This document shows positions 1 through 10,139 of a stretch of 64,000 nucleotides of DNA, piece by piece. This DNA is from Candidatus Omnitrophota bacterium (GTDB taxonomy: Bacteria > Omnitrophota > Gorgyraeia > Gygaellales > Gygaellaceae), in contig JAGYNB010000003.1 in NCBI GenBank assembly GCA_018400015.1, forward strand, positions 5,022 to 69,021. Direction: 5' to 3'. Each line of letters begins with the position of its first letter. Position 1 is the stretch's first letter. The notes beneath the pieces were generated by a model. That model had not been told where the DNA came from and searched no databases. It saw only the letters and a program-made list of their open reading frames with translations. A program made the position numbers and the translations under genes.

Positions 1-345
1 AATAGTTTTTTCATTAATTTTATCTTTAATGTTAGCGATTATTTTACTTAATACATCACTATTGGCTTTTAATAAATCTTCCCTGCTCATACCCGGTTTT
101 CTCGGAAAACCTGCGGTGATCACTATAATCGATGAATCTTTAACTAAAGAATAATCGTCAGTTCCGATAATCTTGGATTTGCTTTTTAGGATGGCGTTTG
201 AATCTTCAATATCAAACTGTTTTGCTATTGCCAAATTTTTATTGATGTCTAGAAGTATACAGTCGGCTATGGATGCATTAACCACTCTTGCAGCGGTTAA
301 ACCGCCGACATTACCAGCACCGATAACAGTGACTTTAGGCAGCAT
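1..345 (-). CDS. mdh: malate/L-lactate dehydrogenase, N-terminal part; the gene's 3' end (C-terminal part) lies beyond the window start (coordinate 1)
   Basis: Minus-strand translation from the ATG at 345 reads [15 protein letters not shown]...[18 protein letters not shown]. This is the NAD-binding Rossmann motif and signature of the LDH/MDH family. The reading frame has no stop before the window edge. Confidence 0.7.
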   Translation of the reverse strand, partial: MLPKVTVIGAGNVGGLTAARVVNASIADCILLDINKNLAIAKQFDIEDSNAILKSKSKIIGTDDYSLVKDSSIIVITAGFPRKPGMSREDLLKANSDVLSKIIANIKDKINEKTI

Positions 346-1426
346 TTTTTATCTTGTTTATTATTGCGTCAGCCATTTCACTTGTACCTACAGCTGAGGG
401 GTCGTTTCTGTCAGACTTTAAATCATAGGTTACGAATTTACCTTCTTTTATCACATCACTAACTGCTTTTTCTAACTTTTTGGCCGCTTCATGTTCCTTT
501 AGGTGATGCAGCATTAAAACGCCGGAAAGTATAGTAGCGGTGGGATTTACCTTGTTTAACCCTGCGTATTTAGGTGCCGCACCGTGTACAGGCTCAAAAA
601 GTGCAATCTCATCGCCGATATTCGCACCCGGCGCTACCCCTAAACCACCTACAAGACCAGCGCATAAATCAGATATTATATCGCCATAAAGATTGGGTAA
701 AACCAAACAATCAAAATTATCCGGCTTCTTAACAAGCTGCATACACATATTATCAACTATCACGTCGTTAAACTCGATCTTGCCAGAATACTTCTTGGCA
801 ACATTTCTGGCGACATCCAAAAATAATCCGTCAGTATGCTTCATAATATTCGCCTTATGGACTGCGGTTACTTTCTTGCGGTTATTTTCAATAGCATATT
901 TAAAAGCAAATTCGAATATCCTCTCTGTGGCAAATACCGATATCGGCTTTATGGAAATCCCCGAGTCATTTCTTATCTGCTTACTTTGTTTTTTATTTAT
1001 AAACTCGATCAGTTCTTTTGTATCGGGTTTTTCTTTTTCGAACTCTACGCCTATATAAAGGTCCTCTGAATTTTCCCTGAATATCACAAGGTCAATGTCT
1101 TTATATCTTGATGAAACACCTTCATAAGTTTTTACCGGTCTTAAACAGCAAAACAGATCCAGGTCATGGCGCATTTTAACATTTACTGAACGAAAACCTT
1201 TACCCACAGGAGTTATGATAGGTCCTTTTATAGCAATTTTATTCCTTCTTATTGACTCAATTGTCTCATCAGGTAAAGGTGTACCGTATTTTTCAATAAC
1301 GCTTTCACCTGCGGGGCGTTCATCCCAATCGATATTGACACCTGTTGCATCAATACATCTTCTTGCGGCAAGAGCAACTTCCGGCCCCATACCATCACCA
1401 GGTATAAAAGTAATTTTGTATTTCAT
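335..1426 (-). CDS. icd: NADP-dependent isocitrate dehydrogenase (not LeuB)
   Basis: 363 aa. Contains [60 protein letters not shown] and [29 protein letters not shown]. These blocks, including the clasp insertion, match E. coli Icd much more closely than LeuB. Confidence 0.75.
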   Translation of the reverse strand: MKYKITFIPGDGMGPEVALAARRCIDATGVNIDWDERPAGESVIEKYGTPLPDETIESIRRNKIAIKGPIITPVGKGFRSVNVKMRHDLDLFCCLRPVKTYEGVSSRYKDIDLVIFRENSEDLYIGVEFEKEKPDTKELIEFINKKQSKQIRNDSGISIKPISVFATERIFEFAFKYAIENNRKKVTAVHKANIMKHTDGLFLDVARNVAKKYSGKIEFNDVIVDNMCMQLVKKPDNFDCLVLPNLYGDIISDLCAGLVGGLGVAPGANIGDEIALFEPVHGAAPKYAGLNKVNPTATILSGVLMLHHLKEHEAAKKLEKAVSDVIKEGKFVTYDLKSDRNDPSAVGTSEMADAIINKIKNAA

Positions 1427-1926
1427 TATAATTTTATGCCTTTATTTTTCTTCACGTGACTCACCAGACCGCCATCTTTTAATAACTTTTGCATGATGAC
1501 GGGAAGAGAGTTGGTTGAAAGTGAAAATTGTTTTGAAACATCTTTTAAGGTTGAGCTATTCAAATCTATCGAAAGTTTATCTTTGTCTTTTATTTTTCTC
1601 GTATCGGCTTCTACTAAAGGAAGACCAATATTGATTGCATTACGATAAAATATCCTCGCAAAATTAACCGCCACAACACAGATTATTCCTGACTCTTTTA
1701 TAACCAACGGCGCCTGTTCTCTAGAAGAGCCGCAACCAAAGTTTTCACCGGCAACAAGGATTGATTTTCCAGGAGTAATTTTTGCGGGAAAATCCTCGTC
1801 GATATCTTCAAAGATATGCTTGGACAGCTCCTTCATGTCGGTTATGGCAAACTTATACCTTCCTGAAATAATCCAATCTGTATTAATGTTATCGCCTAAT
1901 TTTATTGCGCGTCCTTTTAATATCAT
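1426..1926 (-). CDS. leuD: 3-isopropylmalate/homoaconitate dehydratase small subunit, short archaeal-type LeuD
   Basis: 166 aa LeuD-like sequence with the conserved [11 protein letters not shown] motif. Its last nucleotide is shared with the downstream icd start, and its first 4 nt overlap the pilT stop (ATGA). Confidence 0.75.
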   Translation of the reverse strand: MILKGRAIKLGDNINTDWIISGRYKFAITDMKELSKHIFEDIDEDFPAKITPGKSILVAGENFGCGSSREQAPLVIKESGIICVVAVNFARIFYRNAINIGLPLVEADTRKIKDKDKLSIDLNSSTLKDVSKQFSLSTNSLPVIMQKLLKDGGLVSHVKKNKGIKL

Positions 1927-2969
1927 AATGACTTGAATTCCTGCGGGTTTTTCACTTTTACAATTGCATCTTCAAAGGTAATTACTCCCTTTTGATAAAG
2001 TTCTTTTAATGATTTATCCATAGGTTTCATGCCGTGCTGAGCGCCGGTTTGTATTATTGTAGGCATCTGTTCGATTTCCTGTTCGCGGATCAGATTTCTG
2101 ATAGCCGGCGTAGCAGTTAAAATTTCCGTTGCTAAAACCCTGCCTGTTCCGGAAGCGTGAGGAATAAGTATCTGAGAAACTATACCCTGTAAACAATCTG
2201 CCAACTGCAGTTTTATCTGCTGCTGTTGATGCGGCGGGAAAACATCAATAATTCTTTGTATGGTTTGTGGCGCATCAGGAGTATGAAGCGTTGCTAAAAC
2301 CAAGTGTCCTGTTTCAGCTGCTGTTAAAGTTGTGGAAATCGTTTCTAGATCCCGCATCTCTCCTACAACGATAACATCCGGATCCTGTCTTAAAGCATGC
2401 TTTAAACTATCAGCAAAAGAATGTGTATCAGAATATACCTCACGCTGTTTTATAACTGAGCGCTTGTTCACATGAATAAACTCAATTGGGTCTTCAATAC
2501 ATGTAATCATACAATCTCTTTCGCTGTTGATTAACTCAATCATTGCAGCCAAAGTAGTAGTTTTACCTACACCTGTAGGACCTGTTACTAACACCAAACC
2601 ATTGGGTTTTCTCGCTAGGTCTGCTAGAATCGAAGGTAATCCTAAATCAATAAAACTGGGGATCTGTAAAGGAATTCTTCTAAAGGCTGCTTCTACGCTG
2701 CCTTTTTGGATATGAACGTTTACGCGGAAGCGGTCTGTTTTAGGCAATGCAAGTGAAAAATCAAGCTCCAGATCTCTTTCAAAAATTTCTTTCTGCGTAT
2801 TGGTAAGAATGCTGTAAATGATTGACTTGGTGTCTTCTTTTTTTAGAACAGGAAAATTCGTTCTTATAAGCTTGCCGTCGATTCTTATGATTGGCGGTTC
2901 GTTTACAGTGATGTGTAAATCCGATGCTCCTTTATCTACTGTCAACATCAACAATTCTCTTAAATCCAT
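1923..2969 (-). CDS. pilT: type IV pilus retraction ATPase PilT/PilU family
   Basis: Starts MDLRELLMLTVDKGASDLHITV. It has a Walker A motif GPTGVGKTT, a Walker B-like motif DVIVVGEMRD, and the PilT signature AxETGHLVLATLHT. I place the start at the ATG at 2969, preceded by AAAGGAGAAAGA. The six-frame ORF extends to 3026, but those extra 19 aa have no homology. Confidence 0.8.
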   Translation of the reverse strand: MDLRELLMLTVDKGASDLHITVNEPPIIRIDGKLIRTNFPVLKKEDTKSIIYSILTNTQKEIFERDLELDFSLALPKTDRFRVNVHIQKGSVEAAFRRIPLQIPSFIDLGLPSILADLARKPNGLVLVTGPTGVGKTTTLAAMIELINSERDCMITCIEDPIEFIHVNKRSVIKQREVYSDTHSFADSLKHALRQDPDVIVVGEMRDLETISTTLTAAETGHLVLATLHTPDAPQTIQRIIDVFPPHQQQQIKLQLADCLQGIVSQILIPHASGTGRVLATEILTATPAIRNLIREQEIEQMPTIIQTGAQHGMKPMDKSLKELYQKGVITFEDAIVKVKNPQEFKSL

Positions 2970-2983
2970 TCTTTCTCCTTTTT

Positions 2984-4237
2984 TTATAAATATGCTTTCG
3001 GGCTGGTTATCTTGCCCTTCAAACATGAAGCAGCTACAGTGGCCGGAGACGCTAAATAAATGTTAGCTTTAGGATTTCCCATCCTGCCTTTAAAATTTCT
3101 GTTTGCTGTTGATATAACAGTTTCATTGTCAGCTGGAACGCCTGCGTGCGTTCCTACGCATGGACCACAACCGGGATTTATAACACTGGCATTGCTCTTT
3201 ATAAACGTCTCGATGTAGCCTTTTTTTAATGCCTCGAAATAAATCTTGCGTGATGCCGGCGCAATAATTAATTTTATTCCCGGCTTAATAACCTTACCTT
3301 TTAATATTTTAGCAGCAATTGCCAAATCTTCAAGCCGCCCGTTTGTGCAAGTACCAATAAAACCCTGATCGATTTTCACTTTTGAAAGCTTATCTACGCT
3401 TACGCCATTGCCCGGGCTATGCGGTTTAGCAACAACCGGCGTTAGTTGTGATAAATCAAATTTAAATGTTTTCTCATATACTGCGGTTTTATCAGCATAA
3501 ACAGGTTTTAATTTCTTATTAAAATGTTTCTTCATCCATTTTAAAGTTTTTTTATCCACGGGTATAATTCCGGCTTTAGCGCCCATTTCAACCGCCATAT
3601 TGCTTATCGTAAATCTGCCGGCCATATCCAAACCATCTATCACGCTGCCATAAAACTCAATTGCTTTATATGTGGCTGCATTAATTCCCAATTTTGTAAT
3701 TAAAAATAAAATCACATCTTTGGCAAAAACCTCTTTTTTTAATTTTCCGGTTAATGTTATTTTGATAGTTTCAGGTACCTTAAACCAGTTTTTTCCTGTT
3801 GCTAAAGTCATTGCCAGGTCTGTTGAACCCACTCCGCTTGCAAAAACGCCTAAAGCGCCATATGTGCAAGTATGTGAATCAGCCCCTAAAACCAAGTTGC
3901 CAGGCAAAACCAAGCCAGACTCTGGTATAACTTGATGACACACGCCTTCTGAAATATCAAAGAATCTTGTATTAAATTCTTTGGCAAAACTACGCATGCG
4001 TTTGTGGACCGCAGAGACTTTCATATTAGGTGATGGTGAGCTATGGTCGATAACCATAGCGAATTTAGAACGGTTTTTTAATGATTTTAACCCCAATTCT
4101 TTAATTCTATCAATAATGATATTGCTTGTGCCGTCCTGGCCAAAACAGAAATCAACATCGCATACGGCATAATCTCCCGCTTTGACATTCTTTTTACAGT
4201 GTGCACTAAGAATTTTTTCTACAATTGTCGAAGCCAT
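2984..4237 (-). CDS. leuC: 3-isopropylmalate/homoaconitate dehydratase large subunit (archaeal-type LeuC, aconitase family)
   Basis: 417 aa aconitase-family catalytic domain with Cys ligands in the GTCTNGR and PGCGPCVG blocks. The size is typical of archaeal-type LeuC/HACN large subunits. Confidence 0.75.
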   Translation of the reverse strand: MASTIVEKILSAHCKKNVKAGDYAVCDVDFCFGQDGTSNIIIDRIKELGLKSLKNRSKFAMVIDHSSPSPNMKVSAVHKRMRSFAKEFNTRFFDISEGVCHQVIPESGLVLPGNLVLGADSHTCTYGALGVFASGVGSTDLAMTLATGKNWFKVPETIKITLTGKLKKEVFAKDVILFLITKLGINAATYKAIEFYGSVIDGLDMAGRFTISNMAVEMGAKAGIIPVDKKTLKWMKKHFNKKLKPVYADKTAVYEKTFKFDLSQLTPVVAKPHSPGNGVSVDKLSKVKIDQGFIGTCTNGRLEDLAIAAKILKGKVIKPGIKLIIAPASRKIYFEALKKGYIETFIKSNASVINPGCGPCVGTHAGVPADNETVISTANRNFKGRMGNPKANIYLASPATVAASCLKGKITSPKAYL

Positions 4238-5382
4238 TTTTCTAACCTGTCCATACCTTCATCGATTGTTTGTAAGCCGCAGGCAAAACTCATGCGGATA
4301 AATCTACTATCGCCAAAAGCCTCTCCCGGCACCACAGCAAGGCCCGCTTCATCAAGTACTTTATTTGAAAATTCCAGGCCGGATAGCTTAGATTTGGATA
4401 TATCAGCAAAAACATAAAATGCGCCCTGTGGATTAAAACACGAAATAATCGGCATTTTCTTAATCCTTGAAATAATCTTGTCTCTTCTTTGCTGAAAAGT
4501 AGAAGCTATTCTTTCAATAAAATCTGACTTAGCTGTCAATGCTTCTAAGCTTGCCATCTGACTTATGGAACATGGATTTGAAGTTGAGTGTGCCTGGATC
4601 ATATTTATTTTCGTAACGATTTCTGCAGGACCAGCAAGATAGCCTATTCTCCAGCCGGTCATGGAAAAAGATTTAGATACCCCGTTTACTGTAAAAGTAA
4701 GGTTGTAAATCTCTTCATTAGTTGAAGCAATAGAAAAATGCTTCCTATTGTCGAATATAATTTTCTCATATATTTCATCGCTGATAACAAAAATATGATT
4801 TTCTACGCATATCTTTGCGATTTCTCTGATCTCATTTTCTTCATATACGGCACCGGTCGGATTCGACGGTGAGTTAAGGATCAGCAATTTAGTATTTTTA
4901 TTAATCGATTCTTTTAAAACACTTGCTGTAACCTTAAAAGAATCCTTCATGCTGGTTTGAATAAACTTTGATTTTGCGCCGGCAAGCGTGACCATTTCCG
5001 GGTAGCTTACCCAATAAGGACTGGGGATTAGAACTTCCTGGTCTGTATCTATTACAGCCTGCAAAATATTATAAAGCGCGTGCTTTGCACCGCAGGTAAT
5101 TACTATTTGGTTGGGTTGATAGATAAGATTATTATCTTTTTTGAACTTGTCGCAGATTGCCTCTTTAAGTTTGGGCATTCCGCTTGCGGGAGTGTATTTT
5201 GTAAAACCTTCTTGAATAGATTCAATCGCCCTTTTCTTTATAAAATCAGGCGTATCAAAATCAGGTTCTCCTGCGGCAAAATTAATTATACTTTTACCTT
5301 CAGCAGCTAATTTCTTTGCGCGGGAGTTGATGCTTAGTGTTAATGAAGGATTTATTCCTAAAACTCTTTTTGCAAATTGCAT
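4219..5382 (-). CDS. class I PLP-dependent aminotransferase (aspartate aminotransferase-like)
   Basis: 387 aa with an SNPTGAVY block and a lysine motif SKSFSMTGWRIGY, typical of the AspAT Ib subfamily. It overlaps the leuC start by 19 nt. Confidence 0.75.
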   Translation of the reverse strand: MQFAKRVLGINPSLTLSINSRAKKLAAEGKSIINFAAGEPDFDTPDFIKKRAIESIQEGFTKYTPASGMPKLKEAICDKFKKDNNLIYQPNQIVITCGAKHALYNILQAVIDTDQEVLIPSPYWVSYPEMVTLAGAKSKFIQTSMKDSFKVTASVLKESINKNTKLLILNSPSNPTGAVYEENEIREIAKICVENHIFVISDEIYEKIIFDNRKHFSIASTNEEIYNLTFTVNGVSKSFSMTGWRIGYLAGPAEIVTKINMIQAHSTSNPCSISQMASLEALTAKSDFIERIASTFQQRRDKIISRIKKMPIISCFNPQGAFYVFADISKSKLSGLEFSNKVLDEAGLAVVPGEAFGDSRFIRMSFACGLQTIDEGMDRLEKWLRQL

Positions 5383-5406
5383 CTTTTTTAAAGGTTTTAG
5401 ACGCCG

Positions 5407-5988
5407 CTATTCGGTATTATGTTTCTTCTTGTTAAATAGTTTCTTTATGCCACCTAAGAATTTCTTATCCTGTTTGGATTCTTGTTTGGTTTTTTTAGTC
5501 TCTTGCTTATTTTTTGATTCTTTAACCGGCTTCTGTTGCTCAATATGCTTATCTTCCTGCGTCTTTTTCGTTTCTTTTATAGGTTCATCTTTTTTTGCCG
5601 GTTTTTCTTTTTGGATCTTAACTGCTTTTTCTACTCTTTTAGTAAGTTCAAAAATAACCGTTTTTGCGCAATCACCGCGTCTTGTGCCTATATTTATTAT
5701 CCTGGTGTAACCACCTTGAATATCTTTAAACCGAGGACCGATTTCTTTAAATAATCTTTGGACTAACTTATGGTCGCAAAGAATTTTATAAGCCCTTCTT
5801 TTGGCAGTTAATTCATCTTTTTTCGCCAGGTTAATTAGCCTTTCAGCCAATCCTTGAGCTGCCTTTGCCTTAGCTTTAGTAGTGGTTATCCTTTCACGGA
5901 TAACCAAAGCCCTTACTAAAGAATTTACGGTGGCAACCCTCCAGGATGTAAACCTGCTTATTCTGTTGCGTGATAGTTTATGTCTCAT
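5407..5988 (-). CDS. rplQ: 50S ribosomal protein L17 with a ~75 aa lysine/glutamate-rich C-terminal extension
   Basis: The first ~118 aa are L17-like (MRHKLSRNRISRFTSWRVATVNSLVRALV...GGYTRI). The rest is a low-complexity K/E/Q/T tail. Confidence 0.85.
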   Translation of the reverse strand: MRHKLSRNRISRFTSWRVATVNSLVRALVIRERITTTKAKAKAAQGLAERLINLAKKDELTAKRRAYKILCDHKLVQRLFKEIGPRFKDIQGGYTRIINIGTRRGDCAKTVIFELTKRVEKAVKIQKEKPAKKDEPIKETKKTQEDKHIEQQKPVKESKNKQETKKTKQESKQDKKFLGGIKKLFNKKKHNTE

Positions 5989-5992
5989 GATC

Positions 5993-6988
5993 TTATTTCA
6001 TTTGCTTTAGTTTTTTCTTGTCAATCTGCATGCCCAAGTGAAGATTTAAACTGACAATAAGCTGTTTAATTTCAGTCAGAGATTTCTTTCCAAAATTCCT
6101 AAAGTTCAACAACTCTTCTTCAGTTTTACTTACCAAATCGGAAATCGTTTTAATCTTTGCTTCTCTTAAACAGTTGGCGCTTCTTACAGAAAGCTCTAGC
6201 TCCGAAACAGGAAGTCTAAGCTTTTCATAAATTGCGATTTCCGCAGGTGACATACTATCTTCTTCTTCCTCTTCTTCTTCTGGAAGCTGTCCGAAATTCA
6301 CAAAAACATCCAAGTGTCTTTGTAATATATTGGAGGCATACAAAAGTGCATCTTTCGGCGTTAAACTGCCGTTTGTGAATATCTCCAAAATCAATTTATC
6401 ATAATCCGTACGCTGTCCAACGCGTGTATTTTCAGCTGAATAGTTAACTTTTACTATCGGGCTGAACAAGGAATCTAAAGCAATTGTACCAACGGTAAAG
6501 TTTTCCTTTTTGTTCGCTTCAGCTGGAACATAACCTCGTCCTTTGGCAATAAAAATCTCCATATTGAATTTGGAGTCTTTTGTCAACGTAGCTATATGTA
6601 AATCTTTATTGATTACTTCCACGGTATCATCACAGATGATATCTTTTGCTTTTATTTCGCCTTCCTTTGTCTTTTTAATATAGATTGACTTCACTGCCTT
6701 TGAATGACATCTAACAATGAGTTTTTTTACATTCAGACAAATTTCCGTAACATCCTCCAGAACATTAGGAATAGTTGAGAACTCATGGGATACGCCATCA
6801 ATTTTTATCCCAATAGGCGCTGCTCCTTCAATTGATGAAAGAATTACCCTTCTTAACGAATTGCCTAATGTAATGCCAAATCCTCTTTCAAAAGGTTCAG
6901 CAATGAATTTGCCGTATGTTTGCGTCAAACTTGCTTCATCGCATTCTAATCTTTTCGGCATTTGAAAATCACGCCATTTAATCCCCAT
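5993..6988 (-). CDS. rpoA: DNA-directed RNA polymerase alpha subunit
   Basis: 331 aa with RpoA N-terminal and C-terminal domains joined by a poly-Glu linker. Confidence 0.9.
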   Translation of the reverse strand: MGIKWRDFQMPKRLECDEASLTQTYGKFIAEPFERGFGITLGNSLRRVILSSIEGAAPIGIKIDGVSHEFSTIPNVLEDVTEICLNVKKLIVRCHSKAVKSIYIKKTKEGEIKAKDIICDDTVEVINKDLHIATLTKDSKFNMEIFIAKGRGYVPAEANKKENFTVGTIALDSLFSPIVKVNYSAENTRVGQRTDYDKLILEIFTNGSLTPKDALLYASNILQRHLDVFVNFGQLPEEEEEEEDSMSPAEIAIYEKLRLPVSELELSVRSANCLREAKIKTISDLVSKTEEELLNFRNFGKKSLTEIKQLIVSLNLHLGMQIDKKKLKQMK

Positions 6989-7000
6989 TTTTCCTCCTGA

Positions 7001-7627
7001 TTATTTTGAATACAACTCTACGATTAACTGTTCGTTTATCGGTATAGATACATCTTCTCTCGTTGGCAATCTTACAACCTTTAAATTATGCACACCTTCC
7101 TCAACCTTGATCCAAGAAGGTTTTTCAAAGGTCTTGGTAAATTCCCTGTTGTCTGTAACAACTTTTTTTATTTTATCTTTATTGCAAACAGAGATTTCGT
7201 CGCCAGTTTTTACTAAATATGATGGGATATTTACTTTCTTGGAATTGACAAGAATATGATTGTGTCTTACAATCTGTCTGGCATTTTTTCTTGACTGTGC
7301 AAAACCAGCCCTAAAAACTACATTATCCAGGCGTCTTTCCAATATCTGCAAAAGAATCTCGCCAGTAATACCTTTTTTCTTTGCCGCAACACTAAAATAT
7401 CCCCTGAACTGACTCTCTAAAACACCGTACATTCTTTTCACTTTTTGTTTTTCCCTAAGCTGCATTCCATAGTTGGAAAGTTTAGTTCTTCTTGCTCCGT
7501 GCTGACCAGGAGCAGTTTCTCTTTTTGCCAATGCACATTTTTCAGTTGTACATCTGGTACCTTTTAAGAAAAGTTTTGTACCTTCCCTTCTGCAAAGCCT
7601 ACAAGCTGCACCTATATATCTTGCCAT
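7001..7627 (-). CDS. rpsD: 30S ribosomal protein S4
   Basis: 208 aa starting [16 protein letters not shown], with an S4 domain. Confidence 0.9.
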   Translation of the reverse strand: MARYIGAACRLCRREGTKLFLKGTRCTTEKCALAKRETAPGQHGARRTKLSNYGMQLREKQKVKRMYGVLESQFRGYFSVAAKKKGITGEILLQILERRLDNVVFRAGFAQSRKNARQIVRHNHILVNSKKVNIPSYLVKTGDEISVCNKDKIKKVVTDNREFTKTFEKPSWIKVEEGVHNLKVVRLPTREDVSIPINEQLIVELYSK

Positions 7628-7630
7628 ATC

Positions 7631-8020
7631 TTAAACCCTTCTTTTCTTCTTTGGTCTACACCCATTATGAGGAATAGGTGTGATATCTTTTATCATTGTG
7701 ACAGCAATTCCATTTGCCTGAATTGCCCTTATTGCCGATTCCCTGCCGGAACCCGGTCCTTTTACGTATATCTCGACCTCTTTTAAACCGTACTCTTTTG
7801 CCTTTTTGGCTGCGTTACTGGCTGCGACCTGAGCTGCAAAAGGGGTGGATTTCTTACCGCCACTAAAACCTACCATTCCCGGTGTTGCATATGAAAGAGT
7901 ATTACCTTGTTTATCGCTGATAGTAATTATGGTATTGTTAAAAGTCGCTTGTATATGAACAACACCATTAGGTACATTTAAATGCTTTTTCTTCTTTTTT
8001 GATTTAACCTTCTTAACCAT
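7631..8020 (-). CDS. rpsK: 30S ribosomal protein S11
   Basis: 129 aa S11 sequence with a conserved C-terminus. Confidence 0.9.
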   Translation of the reverse strand: MVKKVKSKKKKKHLNVPNGVVHIQATFNNTIITISDKQGNTLSYATPGMVGFSGGKKSTPFAAQVAASNAAKKAKEYGLKEVEIYVKGPGSGRESAIRAIQANGIAVTMIKDITPIPHNGCRPKKKRRV

Positions 8021-8032
8021 AGAATTCCTTTT

Positions 8033-8410
8033 TTATTTTTCTTTTTTGAAAATATTGGTTGTAGATCTTCTCTTTCCTTTACGAGTCCTGGCATTTGTTT
8101 TTGTTCTCTGCCCCCTTACCGGTAAGCCTCTTTTATGACGATAACCTCTATAAGCGCCGATATCCATAAGCCTTTTAACATTTGCAGAAATCTGACGCCT
8201 TAAATCACCCTCAACACTGAATTTCTTTTGTAAAACATGCGTGATCTTTGAAACTTCTTCCTCGCTTAGATCTTTTGCCCGCTTATCAACAGGAATACCC
8301 GCATCTTCTAAAACCTTTTTAGATAAATGCGGTCCTATACCGTAGAGATAGGTTAAAGATACATCAATTCTTTTTTCCTTTGGTAAGTCAACACCTAAAA
8401 TTCTTGGCAT
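8033..8410 (-). CDS. rpsM: 30S ribosomal protein S13
   Basis: 125 aa starting [10 protein letters not shown]. Confidence 0.9.
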   Translation of the reverse strand: MPRILGVDLPKEKRIDVSLTYLYGIGPHLSKKVLEDAGIPVDKRAKDLSEEEVSKITHVLQKKFSVEGDLRRQISANVKRLMDIGAYRGYRHKRGLPVRGQRTKTNARTRKGKRRSTTNIFKKEK

Positions 8411-8425
8411 AATAATACCTTCCTT

Positions 8426-8539
8426 TTATCCTTGACGCTGTTTATGTTTTGGATTGGTACAGATTACCCTTAAAACACCGTGTCTGCGGATAATTTTACA
8501 ATTGTCACAAATTTTCTTTACAGATGATTTTACTTTCAT
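8426..8539 (-). CDS. rpmJ: 50S ribosomal protein L36 (zinc-ribbon type)
   Basis: Found by hand; it is not in the ORF track. Minus-strand translation gives [37 protein letters not shown], 37 aa. Confidence 0.85.
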   Translation of the reverse strand: MKVKSSVKKICDNCKIIRRHGVLRVICTNPKHKQRQG

Positions 8540-8540
8540 T

Positions 8541-8756
8541 TTATTTTATCCTGTATGTAATTCTTCCGCGCGTCAAATCGTATGGAGAAAGCTGCACCTT
8601 GACTTTATCGCCGGGAAGTATCCTAATAAAATGCATCCTTATCTTTCCGGAAACATGCGCTAACACCTTATGTCCATTGTCTAACTCTATCCTGAACATC
8701 CCATTGGCCAGCGCTTCTTTTACAACTCCTTCAACCTCTATAAGTTCTTCTTTCAT
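8541..8756 (-). CDS. infA: translation initiation factor IF-1
   Basis: 71 aa S1-like fold with the conserved core [11 protein letters not shown]...ILPGDKV. Confidence 0.9.
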   Translation of the reverse strand: MKEELIEVEGVVKEALANGMFRIELDNGHKVLAHVSGKIRMHFIRILPGDKVKVQLSPYDLTRGRITYRIK

Positions 8757-9502
8757 TAAAAATTAGTTAGTATTTCTGGTTTGTCTTCGGTAACGGCAAC
8801 TGTATTTTCAAAATGTGCTGAGATTTCACCATCTGCCGTTACTGCCGTCCATTTATTACCCAGTATCTTAGTCTGCCATGTACCTGCATTTACCATCGGT
8901 TCTATAGCCAATACCATTCCTTTTTTCAGAACCGCTCCCAAACCTTTTTTCCCGAAATTGGGAATTTCCGGTTGCTCGTGAAGGCTTCTACCAATTCCAT
9001 GACCAACATATTCCCTGACAACGGAAAAACCGTTACTTTCTACAAAATCTTGTATGGCATAGGAGATATCCTGTAAATTATTACCTTCTCTTGCCTGAGC
9101 TGTTCCTATTTCTAAAGCTTGCTTAGTAACATCTATAATCTTGGCTTTTTTGCTGTCTATCTTACCAATGGCAATGGTTCTGGCCATATCGGCAAAAAAA
9201 CCATTTTTCTCAATTCCGATATCTAAACTAACAATATCCCCTTCTTTAATGGCCTTTTCTGAAGGAATTCCATGAACTATTTCTTCGTTTACGGAAATAC
9301 AACTACAGGCAGGATATCCATGATACCCTTTAAACGCAGCCCTAACATTTTGCTCAAAGATCAAGTTTGCTACTTCTTTTTCAATATCCAAAGTTGTCAT
9401 TCCCGGCTTAATTCTTCCGGTTACAGCTTGAAATATCTCAGCTAATATTCTACAAGCTTCACGCTGAAGTTGCAGCTCTGGAGGTGTTTTTATTATAATC
9501 AT
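8756..9502 (-). CDS. map: type I methionine aminopeptidase
   Basis: 248 aa with conserved metal-binding residues: the D...D pair, H, and E...E. Confidence 0.85.
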   Translation of the reverse strand: MIIIKTPPELQLQREACRILAEIFQAVTGRIKPGMTTLDIEKEVANLIFEQNVRAAFKGYHGYPACSCISVNEEIVHGIPSEKAIKEGDIVSLDIGIEKNGFFADMARTIAIGKIDSKKAKIIDVTKQALEIGTAQAREGNNLQDISYAIQDFVESNGFSVVREYVGHGIGRSLHEQPEIPNFGKKGLGAVLKKGMVLAIEPMVNAGTWQTKILGNKWTAVTADGEISAHFENTVAVTEDKPEILTNF

Positions 9503-10139
9503 TAACCAAATCTAAAATTTCTTTATAAACAATATCTGCATCGTGATTAGCATCGAGACTTATAAATTTCTTATTTTCCTGGTAAAACTTCATTAAAGCA
9601 GCATTTTCTTTTGTATAAACATCCAATCTCTTTTTAATCGTCTCTTCTTTATCGTCCGCTCTTTGATAAAGCTCTCCTTGACAATGATCACAAACGCCCT
9701 CGATTTTAGCAGGCATATTCTTTATATGGAATATCGCCCCGCATTTTTTACAGACCCTTCTCCCGCAAAGACGCTGAATAACCACATCTTCAGTTGTTTC
9801 AAGATTAATTACTGTATCAACGCTCTTATTATTTTCGTTTAAGATTTTGTCAAGGCTTTTGGCCTGATTGATATTTCTCGGGAATCCATCGAAAATAATT
9901 CCTCTTTCAGCATCCTTTTGTTTAATTCGCTGATCGATCAACCCTATTACCAGCTCATCCGGAACAAGTTGACCCTTCTGCATATATTCTCTGGCTTTTT
10001 TACCAAGATCGGTTTCATTTTTAACAGCTTCTCTTAACATATCGCCAGTTGAAATATGCGCGAAAGAAAGCTCCTTGCTCAACTTAACTGACTGAGTGCC
10101 TTTACCAGAACCAGGAGCGCCAAGAATAATTAAGTTCAT
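9459..10139 (-). CDS. adk: adenylate kinase with a zinc-binding lid
   Basis: P-loop GAPGSGKGTQ. The lid carries a CxxC...CxxC pattern (CGRRVCKKCG...CDHC). Confidence 0.9.
   Translation of the reverse strand: MNLIILGAPGSGKGTQSVKLSKELSFAHISTGDMLREAVKNETDLGKKAREYMQKGQLVPDELVIGLIDQRIKQKDAERGIIFDGFPRNINQAKSLDKILNENNKSVDTVINLETTEDVVIQRLCGRRVCKKCGAIFHIKNMPAKIEGVCDHCQGELYQRADDKEETIKKRLDVYTKENAALMKFYQENKKFISLDANHDADIVYKEILDLVNDYNKNTSRAATSA

Noticed and set aside
335-1426. Initial reading of this ORF as 3-isopropylmalate dehydrogenase (LeuB), because it follows leuD
   Set aside because: A motif-by-motif comparison (TPVGxGxRSxNV, [15 protein letters not shown], HKxNIMKxTxGxF and the clasp insertion) matches NADP-isocitrate dehydrogenase far better than LeuB, and malate dehydrogenase follows it.
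5327-5710. 127-aa plus-strand ORF overlapping the L17 tail region
   Set aside because: It is the antisense reading of the lysine-rich L17 extension (Phe-rich because of the poly-A/T codons) with no start context.
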